Shown piece after piece: positions 32,387-40,094 of a stretch of 60,616 nucleotides of DNA. The DNA comes from a virus. Every line of letters begins with the position of its first letter. Position 1 is the stretch's first letter. The DNA lies in IMG/VR virus record IMGVR_UViG_3300033417_000008, positions 1-60,616 of that record; one strand, given 5' to 3'. The notes below the pieces were generated by a model. It was not told the origin of the DNA. It saw nothing but the letters and a program-made list of their open reading frames with translations, and did not search any database. Position numbers and translations under genes: made by a program.

Positions 32387-32670
32387 CCTGCCCACGTTGC
32401 AGCCGCCCGGTGCTGCGGGACGGGGCCGACTGGTGGTGTGTGACCTGCGGCGAGTGCACGATTACCGCGGTGCCGACGCGCGGGGTCGTGCCATTCAGGT
32501 TTTCGCCCCGGGTTGATTTCCCGTTGGGCGGAGACCGCTGCCCGAACGGGCATCTGTACGCGGAGGTCGGGACATACAGGGGCGGGAGCGGACATGCTGG
32601 CCGTCGCTGCGCTGCGTGCGCACGGGAGACATCACGGCGATCGAGAATGAGGAAGGAGTCACGAGCATGA
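32383..32670 (+). CDS. zinc-ribbon protein
   Basis: GTGA overlap; 'CPRCSRP..WWCVTCGEC ... CPNGH ... CAAC'. Confidence 0.45.
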   Translation: MTCPRCSRPVLRDGADWWCVTCGECTITAVPTRGVVPFRFSPRVDFPLGGDRCPNGHLYAEVGTYRGGSGHAGRRCAACARETSRRSRMRKESRA

Positions 32671-32694
32671 GAGAGGTCGCGCAGGACTCGAAGG

Positions 32695-33051
32695 ATGAAC
32701 ACCCCGAGGATCTATTTCCCAACGGGCCTGCCGACGCCTGTGAATGGCGGCGCCTACTACATGGAATTTCGACCGAACCTTTGGCAGCGCATTTGCTGGT
32801 GGGATCGATGGCCATGGCGGCCGAGGGCGATCACGCTGGAGGACCGTATTTGGGGCAAGCAGCCGTATCTCGTGACCGTGCGGGAGAATGGCGTGCTGAT
32901 CGGCTGGCACCCGGTGGATTCAGCGGAGGTGGGTACGACCGTCGTGGTGGGTCGCTGGTCGGCACTCGCGGGGATCTTCTCGCCGCGTAAATACGAGGTT
33001 ATCGTGGGGCGGGACCCGGAGTGGCGGGACCCGGAGTGGCGGGAGATGTGA
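32695..33051 (+). CDS. hypothetical Trp-rich protein
   Basis: 118 aa; ends with the duplicated 15-nt unit 'RDPEWRDPEW'. Confidence 0.5.
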   Translation: MNTPRIYFPTGLPTPVNGGAYYMEFRPNLWQRICWWDRWPWRPRAITLEDRIWGKQPYLVTVRENGVLIGWHPVDSAEVGTTVVVGRWSALAGIFSPRKYEVIVGRDPEWRDPEWREM

Positions 33052-33131
33052 GCGGATGCTGCCACTTCATCGGCGGTCGGACGATGAAGCGGTGCGTCGA
33101 ATTTACGAGCATGGATTAAGGAGAGGGCCCC

Positions 33132-33293
33132 ATGGCTAGACGCAATCTAAAGCAAGAGCACAAGCGGAACCGCAAGCACCCCTACAAACTTAACCCGGCG
33201 ACCGGCGAGTATATCCCGAAGCCTTACGGCTCTCGACATATAGCGCCTTACCCACTCCCGGTTCACCGCCGCGGTATGAGAGGGATAAGCTGA
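33132..33293 (+). CDS. hypothetical 53-aa basic protein
   Basis: TAAGGAGAG RBS; 'MARRNLKQEHKRNRKHPYKLNPATGEYIPKPYGSRH..'; below the ORF-track cutoff. Confidence 0.4.
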   Translation: MARRNLKQEHKRNRKHPYKLNPATGEYIPKPYGSRHIAPYPLPVHRRGMRGIS

Positions 33294-33658
33294 CGTGGCT
33301 CATTCGCGCTGCGCTAATCCTGGCGGTCGGTGGGAGTACGACCGCACAAGCGCAGGGCGAAGCCACCGAGGGACACGCGACATGGTACGGACCAGGCTAT
33401 GAGGGGAGGGCGATGGGCTGCGGCGGAACGTACTCGGGAAGCGACCCGAGCATCGTGGCGGTGGGGCCAGCGCGCTACGCCGAATGGCCGTGTGACACTG
33501 AGTTGCTGGTGACCGGACCCGCGGGCGCGCTGGTTGTGGTCCGTCAGGATTCATGCCCCGAATGCCACCGCAACGTGGTGGATCTGTCCGAGGCGGGGAG
33601 CCATGCGGTGTGTGGCGTACCCGCTCATACGTGCGAGGTCACGATTCGGCGTCAATAG
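33290..33658 (+). CDS. secreted RlpA-like double-psi beta-barrel (DPBB) protein, probable CTG start
   Basis: Frame open from 33194 with no ATG/GTG/TTG before 33413; '(L)TWLIRAALILAVGGSTTAQAQG' signal peptide + 'GHATWYGPGYEGRAMGCGG..VAVGP..VVVRQDSCP..VVDLSEAG'; CTGA overlap with upstream stop. Confidence 0.6.
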   Translation: MTWLIRAALILAVGGSTTAQAQGEATEGHATWYGPGYEGRAMGCGGTYSGSDPSIVAVGPARYAEWPCDTELLVTGPAGALVVVRQDSCPECHRNVVDLSEAGSHAVCGVPAHTCEVTIRRQ

Positions 33659-33741
33659 AAAAACCCCGACAAAGGGGAGGGCCCGGGGCGGATGATTCCC
33701 CGAGCCCAGAGTGAGGAGATGGAACACATGGAGTTTAGCAG

Positions 33742-34062
33742 ATGTTGATCTCATTGACGTTACGTGGTCGTTTCGTCCGGGTCGACGGTTCGTGGATAGG
33801 CCAGGTTATGACTGGTACGACCGAACCGACGCTTGTTAATCCGTCCCTCATCGACGGATGCAGCCCAAACGGAAGCGGCACCAATCTTCTGTTAGGACCG
33901 AACGACTACCTGTCAGTAGCCGAGGACATGGCCACTATCCAGCGGCTAGCCAACGCGGAGACAGAGCGGCAGCTCGCGCTCGCGGAACGGATCGCCGCGG
34001 CGCTGGAGCGATGCGCCGAGCACCTCGACCTGATCGAGCGGACGATGGAGGCGCGCTCGTGA
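33742..34062 (+). CDS. hypothetical protein
   Basis: 106 aa ORF-track ORF. Confidence 0.5.
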   Translation: MLISLTLRGRFVRVDGSWIGQVMTGTTEPTLVNPSLIDGCSPNGSGTNLLLGPNDYLSVAEDMATIQRLANAETERQLALAERIAAALERCAEHLDLIERTMEARS

Positions 34063-34151
34063 TCTTGGGGAAGGAGTACGAGAAGATCCTTGACATAGTG
34101 CCAGGAGCGGAGGAGCGTCGGGCACTGATGCCGCTGGCGAAGCGGCCATGA
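34059..34151 (+). CDS. hypothetical 30-aa peptide
   Basis: GTGA and ATGA overlaps; '(M)ILGKEYEKILDIVPGAEERRALMPLAKRP'. Confidence 0.3.
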   Translation: MILGKEYEKILDIVPGAEERRALMPLAKRP

Positions 34152-34327
34152 CACGGCGAGCGGACGGCGCTGGAGGAGATGCCGTGACCGAGTTTTGGGA
34201 CTTGTGGGCGGTCGGTAGGGGACGGCTTGGAGCTTACGAGTCGCTGGAGGATGCTGAGGAGGCTGGCATCGCACCCGCTCTGGAGCACGAGCACGATAGA
34301 GGGAACATCGGGGAGTGGCAGACATGA
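34148..34327 (+). CDS. hypothetical 59-aa acidic protein
   Basis: ATGA overlaps at both ends. Confidence 0.4.
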   Translation: MTRRADGAGGDAVTEFWDLWAVGRGRLGAYESLEDAEEAGIAPALEHEHDRGNIGEWQT

Positions 34328-34581
34328 AGCGCTGTCTTCGGTGTGGCTACACATGGACGCCCCAGGTCCAGCACCCGATAGTTTGCGCGCGGTGCAAATC
34401 GAGTCTCTGGGACGTGCCTCGGGCGACGGGAAACGAACGCGAACGACTTGCCAAGATCGAGGGCTGGACACCGCCAGCGCCACCGAGCCCGCTGCCACCG
34501 CTTGAGACGTGGCCCTGGCCATCGGAGCCGCTCGTGGCGGTGTACTTGAGCAAGGGGGCGGTGCATTGGGAGTGGATGTAA
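34324..34581 (+). CDS. zinc-ribbon protein ('CLRCGxTW..CxxCKSxxWD' family)
   Basis: 'MKRCLRCGYTWTPQVQHPIVCARCKSSLWD'; same motif in 43157..43285. Confidence 0.5.
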   Translation: MKRCLRCGYTWTPQVQHPIVCARCKSSLWDVPRATGNERERLAKIEGWTPPAPPSPLPPLETWPWPSEPLVAVYLSKGAVHWEWM

Positions 34582-34763
34582 CTGCTGACGTTGGACGGGA
34601 GATAACCGTCAGGACACCACACGCATGCGAGCGGTGCGGGGAGACGATCTATGGCGGACATCGCGCCGTCCGCTTCATGGGGTTCCGGGGCGAACGACGG
34701 CGAACCTGGTACGAGCACATGGAATGTACTTGGCGTGCGATGTGCGAGGGGCAGCCCGAGTGA
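34572..34763 (+). CDS. hypothetical Cys-containing protein
   Basis: GTG start; 'ACERCGETIYGGH'. Confidence 0.4.
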   Translation: MDVTADVGREITVRTPHACERCGETIYGGHRAVRFMGFRGERRRTWYEHMECTWRAMCEGQPE

Positions 34764-34782
34764 ATGATGGAGTGGGAATGAA

Positions 34783-35247
34783 ATGAGCGACCTTTTGCCG
34801 GGCATGCGCCTGACGTGGCACTTCGGGGCGCCACGCTGGGAGATGCTGACTCGCGACAAGGCGCACTACTGCGAGATCGAGCTGCATCGCCCCTCGTGGC
34901 AGTGGCGCATCATATGCCGCTCCGAGGGAACGTGGCGGCATGAGCAATTCCACGTCTTCGGTGACATCAACCACCTCGCAAAATTCCATGGCACGGACGA
35001 GCTGCACGAACGACTTATTCGCGATGCCGGCAGCATGATCGTCGCGGCATCGTGGATCGAGGGGCGCGACGGCGCTCCGCTCGACGGAAGATATTGGAAG
35101 CGTCTGTACTGGGAGCAGAAACGTGCGGCAGAGGGAATCGCGGCGCAGGTGATGACATCGGATCTAGAGGCGCGCGGCTACGGTCAGCCAAAAGAGGCTA
35201 GCGATACCCCGCCTGACCTGTTCAGACGGGTAAGCAAAGGAGAGTGA
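34783..35247 (+). CDS. hypothetical protein
   Basis: 154 aa ORF-track ORF. Confidence 0.5.
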   Translation: MSDLLPGMRLTWHFGAPRWEMLTRDKAHYCEIELHRPSWQWRIICRSEGTWRHEQFHVFGDINHLAKFHGTDELHERLIRDAGSMIVAASWIEGRDGAPLDGRYWKRLYWEQKRAAEGIAAQVMTSDLEARGYGQPKEASDTPPDLFRRVSKGE

Positions 35248-35251
35248 GGAC

Positions 35252-35701
35252 ATGGACACAAAGATCCTCGAGGACTTGCTCAGCGCAACAACGGCAGGGC
35301 TCTATCTCAAAATCGCCGCGCTGACGAACGAGGCGCGAGCGCTCAAGGAGACAATCGAGACGTGCGAGTATGAGGCGCGGATGACTCTGCTGCGCATGGC
35401 GGACAGTGAGCGGAAACAACTCGGGGCCAACGAGCAGGCGCGAGCTGACTTCGTGAGGAGCTGCCGCTCGCCTAATGAGGACTGGCGAGCTGCGACCGAG
35501 CGCAGACATTCCGTGCTCGCCGACATGGAGATCGCAACTGCCGTGCTTAGCGGACGGAAGGAAGCGATGATTGAGGCGCGCCTCGCGGCTGACGAGAAGC
35601 GGACGGCGCAGACAACTCGGCTCATTGACTTGTTGGAGCGCGCTTTTGCGGACCCGACCAGCTGGGCGCCCGTCGCCGGTCTGGCGGCGGCTGCGCTGTG
35701 A
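35252..35701 (+). CDS. hypothetical coiled-coil protein
   Basis: 149 aa; precedes the helicase with a GTGA overlap. Confidence 0.5.
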   Translation: MDTKILEDLLSATTAGLYLKIAALTNEARALKETIETCEYEARMTLLRMADSERKQLGANEQARADFVRSCRSPNEDWRAATERRHSVLADMEIATAVLSGRKEAMIEARLAADEKRTAQTTRLIDLLERAFADPTSWAPVAGLAAAAL

Positions 35702-37017
35702 GCGATAGATGGCCGCACCAGGTCGAGGCGCTGGAGTTTCTGCGCAGCCACTCGGCAGCGCTCCTCCATCTCGATATGGGGACGGGCAAAACCAGGATCG
35801 CGGCGGACCTGCTGCGCGATCCGGGCACGCTGCCGGCACTCGTGGTAACCCGCTCGAAGGCGATCACGGACGGCATCTGGGAGCGCGAGTGCGAAGGGGC
35901 TGACATCCAGCCGCTGCGAGGGAAGCTTACGGAGCGGGCGGAGCTGATCAAAGGCCACGATATTGTGCTGACCAACTACGAGGCTGTGTGGCAAAAGCCT
36001 ATCGCCGCGGCGATTCTGCGGATACCGTGGCGGACGGTGATAGCCGACGAAAGCCATCACATCAAGGCCGCTGGCAGCAAAGTATCGATGTTCTTCCGCG
36101 CCCTATCCCCAGCCCGCCACCGTATCGCTCTCACCGGAACGCCGCTGGGCCAAACCCCGCTCGACGTGTACGGTCAGTTCCGATTCCTCGATCGGCGCAT
36201 CTTCGGCAACAATTTCAGGTACTTCCGCGCGCGCTACGCCATCATGGGCGGCTACGAGGATCGGGTGTTCCAGCGGATGAACCCAGCCACCGAAGCCGAC
36301 TTCCTGCGGCGCTTCCGCTCAATCACATACCACGCCGAGCCGGACCTGGGCGTGCCGGACGGACTCGACATTCCGATGACTCACAGCCTGCCGCCCGCTG
36401 CCGCGCGAATCTACCGTGAACTGGAGGACGAGTTCTGGGCCGAGGTCGAGGGAGGCGAGGTCACGATAGCCAATGGCGGCGTCAAAGTCTTGAGGCTCCA
36501 GCAGCTCGCCTCGGGCCACCTGCGGACCGACGACGGCGTGGTGCGCACAATCCACACCGAACGGGCGGACATGTTCTGCGATTGGCTCGAGGACGTTGAC
36601 AGCGCCGAGCCCGTAGTTGTATTTGCTAGGTTCACGCACGATTTGTCCGAGGTGCGCCGCGTGTGCGCCAAGCTCGGACGGACGTACTCCGAGGTCAGCG
36701 GGCGAGCCGATGATCTCGTGGAGTGGAAGGGGGGGGCAACTCAGGTACTCGGGGTCCAGATCCAAGCAGGAGGGGAGGCGATCAACCTCACACGCGCGGC
36801 GCTCTGCGTCTACTACTCGATCGGCCACAGCCTGCTCGACTATCTCCAGTCGCGAAAGCGCCTGATCCGACCGGGCCAGACACAGACCGTCCGTATCTAT
36901 CACCTGTCGGCGCGCGGCACCGTGGACACGGACATCTACCGAGCGCTCCGCAACCGAGATCAGGTGATCCAGAGTCTTCTCGCACGACGATCCGCAGCAC
37001 AACCAATACTGATCTGA
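35698..37017 (+). CDS. SNF2-family helicase (second copy, different lineage)
   Basis: 'LDMGTGKT' (I), 'VIADESHHIK' (II), 'ALTGTPL' (III), 'QSRKRLIRPGQ' (VI). Confidence 0.85.
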   Translation: MSDRWPHQVEALEFLRSHSAALLHLDMGTGKTRIAADLLRDPGTLPALVVTRSKAITDGIWERECEGADIQPLRGKLTERAELIKGHDIVLTNYEAVWQKPIAAAILRIPWRTVIADESHHIKAAGSKVSMFFRALSPARHRIALTGTPLGQTPLDVYGQFRFLDRRIFGNNFRYFRARYAIMGGYEDRVFQRMNPATEADFLRRFRSITYHAEPDLGVPDGLDIPMTHSLPPAAARIYRELEDEFWAEVEGGEVTIANGGVKVLRLQQLASGHLRTDDGVVRTIHTERADMFCDWLEDVDSAEPVVVFARFTHDLSEVRRVCAKLGRTYSEVSGRADDLVEWKGGATQVLGVQIQAGGEAINLTRAALCVYYSIGHSLLDYLQSRKRLIRPGQTQTVRIYHLSARGTVDTDIYRALRNRDQVIQSLLARRSAAQPILI

Positions 37018-37031
37018 GGAGCACAGAACCA

Positions 37032-37832
37032 ATGACCAAGGCAGAAACCGCACTGACGACTATCCCCGCAGCGAGCGAAGCGCAGATCACGGCATTCGCC
37101 GCTCGTGACAAAGAGGCACTAGCCAATTTGACGGAGGTGCTCTCGGTCGAGGCGCACGGCGCGGGGCTGTCGGCATTCGACCTGACGCGCATCCGAATCC
37201 CAGGCAGCGGCGGCCTCGCATGGGAGATCCCCACACCGACCGGCGACGTCGATGCAGCCAAGAGCTTCGATGCGATCATCCTCGACGTCCGAGATACCCG
37301 CGTTTTCTGGGAAGGCGCATTCGTCGGCGGCAGCCAGCAACCGGACTGCTCATCAGACGATGCAGTGATCGGCGTTGGAATGCACGGCCCTGGCTCGGCG
37401 AGCAACCCATCGGGGCACTGTGTCGGCTGCCCTATGGCTGAGTTCGGCTCGCGCGAGGACGGACCGGGCCAGGCCTGCAAGGCTGTGCGTCAGGTATTCC
37501 TACTCAGGCCAGATGGGCTCTTACCGTCGCTCCTGTTCTTGCCGCCGTCCTCGCACAAGGCTTTCCGCGGCTACATCGTGCAAAAGCTCGCATCGTCTGG
37601 ACTCGTACACTACGGTGTCCTGACGCGCTTCGAGCTGGCAAAGGCCCAGAGCAAGTCCGGGATCGCCTACTCGCAGATCAAGCCGTCGCTTGTGGCCAAA
37701 ATGCCGGCCGAGGAAATGGGCTGGATTCGTGAGTACCGCGATGCATTCCTCCCGTCGCTCAGAGCCACAGCTCGGCAGGTGGTCAGCGAGGGTGATTCGC
37801 CATGGGACGATGACGGCGAAGACGTAGCGTAA
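37032..37832 (+). CDS. conserved-looking replication-module protein, function unknown
   Basis: 266 aa; 'CSSDDAVIGVG..GHCVGCPMAEFGS..GQACKAVRQVFLL' Cys cluster; ORF track start 36723 overlaps the helicase. Confidence 0.5.
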   Translation: MTKAETALTTIPAASEAQITAFAARDKEALANLTEVLSVEAHGAGLSAFDLTRIRIPGSGGLAWEIPTPTGDVDAAKSFDAIILDVRDTRVFWEGAFVGGSQQPDCSSDDAVIGVGMHGPGSASNPSGHCVGCPMAEFGSREDGPGQACKAVRQVFLLRPDGLLPSLLFLPPSSHKAFRGYIVQKLASSGLVHYGVLTRFELAKAQSKSGIAYSQIKPSLVAKMPAEEMGWIREYRDAFLPSLRATARQVVSEGDSPWDDDGEDVA

Positions 37833-37845
37833 GGCTGCCCCTCAA

Positions 37846-38448
37846 GTGGAGACATCAGGAGATAGCCTGGCGTTCCTGCGCCTGATCTATGAGCCGGCGA
37901 TGGTACGCTCGCCAGGCTATCTCCTGATCTGGACAGCGGCCGGCAAACGCTCGGCCTGGTTCCGGTCGGTCAAGGACGCAGCGGAGTACGCCCACCGATG
38001 CAAAGGCGATACCTACGTCGGCGTAGGGCTCTCGAAGCGTGACTACGGGCCCACGCAGCGCGCCAAGGCCGCCCAGATCGTTTGCGTGCCGGCCCTGTGG
38101 CTTGATATCGACTACCAGTCGCCGGGTGTCCACAAACATGAAGACCTGCCCCCGGACGTCGAGGGGGCACGGCTCCTGATCGAGGACGTCGGAATCAGGC
38201 CATCGGCCATCGTCCACACGGGGCACGGGCTCCAGGCGTGGTGGCGACTCTCCGACTGCGTGATCAACAGCGCAGAGGATCAACGGGCGCTGGCCGACCT
38301 GGTCCGTCGTTGGCAGCAGCACCAGATCCGCCAGGCACGGCGGAATCGCGGATGGCGGATCGACGCTACGCACGATCTGGCGCGGCTCATGCGGCTGCCG
38401 GGAACGTGGAACATGAAGGGGGATCCGGTCCCCGTGACGCTGGAGTGA
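37846..38448 (+). CDS. archaeo-eukaryotic-type primase-polymerase (AEP) domain protein
   Basis: 'LWLDIDYQ', 'VHTGHGLQAWW', 'LMRLPGTWNMK'. Confidence 0.65.
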   Translation: METSGDSLAFLRLIYEPAMVRSPGYLLIWTAAGKRSAWFRSVKDAAEYAHRCKGDTYVGVGLSKRDYGPTQRAKAAQIVCVPALWLDIDYQSPGVHKHEDLPPDVEGARLLIEDVGIRPSAIVHTGHGLQAWWRLSDCVINSAEDQRALADLVRRWQQHQIRQARRNRGWRIDATHDLARLMRLPGTWNMKGDPVPVTLE

Positions 38449-38744
38449 GGAGGGTGGAGAGGGTGGCTGAGGCGACACAGGCCGTCCGTGTAGGGCAGAC
38501 ATGGTGCCATATAGGCTCTGGTTTTCAGATCGTCATCCCCGGCGCAACAACGACCCACGTGGGGTACCAGGTCGTCACAGCGCTCGGCGGTCTCGGCGTG
38601 GTGGAGAAGCACGTCCTTTTGCAGTGGTGCGAGTTGATCCAGGACGTTGAGCAGGGAAGCGAAGCCGCGACAGGAAATATCGAGTCCGCTGCTGAGGTAG
38701 ACGAGGGGACAACCCCAATGTGGGAGCCGGCGGCCGATGCCTGA
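38445..38744 (+). CDS. hypothetical protein
   Basis: GTGA overlap start, 99 aa. Confidence 0.4.
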   Translation: MRRVERVAEATQAVRVGQTWCHIGSGFQIVIPGATTTHVGYQVVTALGGLGVVEKHVLLQWCELIQDVEQGSEAATGNIESAAEVDEGTTPMWEPAADA

Positions 38745-39786
38745 CGAGCCCCCGGTTTACACGCGCGCCGACTTCGTCGTGCCGGATGAGCCCGAGGAAA
38801 GGGGGCGTAACGGCGCTGTGGTGCCGTCGGTCGGGGCGCTCACGCTACGGGCAGACGCCGAACCGCCTGCATCGAAACTGCTTGCACTCTGCCTCGCGGA
38901 GAAACGCTTCCGTCAATCGTGGGAACGGAGTCGAACGGACATCGCCGACCGATCCCCGTCAGGCTGGGACATGGCGCTGGCCAACGGCGCCATCGAGGCG
39001 GGGTGGTCAGATCAGGAGATATGCGACCTGCTGATCGCATCCAGGCGGCAGCACGGCGATGACCTCAAACTCCGCGAGGACTACTACCAGAGGACGATTA
39101 CCAGGGCGCGATTCATCTCGGCGCCGCTGGAAGTATTACTCGGCGAGGATGCCGGTACAGAGAGCGGCCGCGCCACTCGACTGGCGTATCTGCGAGGAAT
39201 CCTTGATCGACCAGTAGTCGGGCTCACGCGATACCCCGGGCCGCCTGACAGCTACGTTTTGCACACAGAGGACGGCCACGGGCTCACGATCAAATCCGCT
39301 GATCAGATCCTTTCTCAGGTTAAATTCCGCCACCTGTGGGTTCAATACACAGGACGCGTCCTACCGACCTACAAATCATTCAGCTGGATGGGAATCGCGC
39401 AAGCGCTGTTTGACGTCGTGGAGGACGACGTGATCGCGGATCAGACGGAGGACGGACGGCTCCAGAGTTGGCTGGAGGGCTATCTGAGCGCCCATCACAC
39501 CCACACATCGATCGCCCACGCTGCGCCCTACCGCCTGCCGTTTTATGAGGAGAGGCGTCACGGCCAGCTCTGTGTCTTTGGCGATTCGCTCTATTCCTAC
39601 CTGGTCGAGCGGCGCCACGAGCCGCTTTCCCCCCGCGAGATGGGCTCATTTCTGCGCAAAGCCGGATGGTCGCTAATCTCACTGGGTGTCCAGGTCGAGG
39701 AGGCGTGGACCACCCGCCGCGTCTGGCTCACGCCTTACGACTCACGCTTCGGGCTGACCGATGGCGATGCATCAGACGCCCCTTGA
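38737..39786 (+). CDS. primase-associated/replication initiator-like protein (no P-loop seen)
   Basis: 349 aa; 'DRSPSGWDMALANGAIEAGWSDQEICDLL' resembles primase C-terminal helper modules. Confidence 0.45.
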   Translation: MPDEPPVYTRADFVVPDEPEERGRNGAVVPSVGALTLRADAEPPASKLLALCLAEKRFRQSWERSRTDIADRSPSGWDMALANGAIEAGWSDQEICDLLIASRRQHGDDLKLREDYYQRTITRARFISAPLEVLLGEDAGTESGRATRLAYLRGILDRPVVGLTRYPGPPDSYVLHTEDGHGLTIKSADQILSQVKFRHLWVQYTGRVLPTYKSFSWMGIAQALFDVVEDDVIADQTEDGRLQSWLEGYLSAHHTHTSIAHAAPYRLPFYEERRHGQLCVFGDSLYSYLVERRHEPLSPREMGSFLRKAGWSLISLGVQVEEAWTTRRVWLTPYDSRFGLTDGDASDAP

Positions 39787-40094
39787 CATCAAGTGCGCGA
39801 TTAGTGTATTCGCGCGCGCGCACACGCGCGCCTGTACGCGAGCGTCGCGCGCTCGCGCATTTCAAATTCGTGTTTTTTCGCGAAAAAGCAAAAACGTCGT
39901 TAAAGCCGTCGGCATGATGAGCCAGTGAGAGGATATGACCAACACCTTCCTTTCGGGTACAGAGAGACTTTTCGAAAAGTATCGGTATTAGGGTAGGCGA
40001 TGGCTTGAAATAAGGGGAGATGAGGCAGTTACGGAGAAGCAAAGGACAAAAAAGAGGGGGAATTAGTGATAAGGCTCCAAAAAGAGGGGAGACT
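39783..40094 (+). promoter_or_regulatory. AT-rich, palindrome-rich non-coding region: candidate origin/promoter hub
   Basis: TTGACA 39783..39788; alternating CG/CA tract 39811..39831; IR 39837..39857; palindromes TTTTTCGCGAAAAA 39874..39887 and CTTTTCGAAAAG 39968..39979; direct repeats CAAAAAGAGGGG x2. Confidence 0.45.

Noticed and set aside
33011-33040. 15-nt direct duplication 'gggacccggagtggc' x2 (RDPEW RDPEW) at the end of 32695..33051
   Set aside because: It is real but trivial, a short in-frame slippage duplication with no further structure.
40020-40094. N-terminal 25-codon extension of the UvrD-like helicase (ORF-track start)
   Set aside because: It would translate the AT-rich repeat region into 'MRQLRRSKGQKRGGISDKAPKRGET'. 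ATG 40095, preceded by AGAGGGGAG and followed immediately by the Walker A motif, is the better start.
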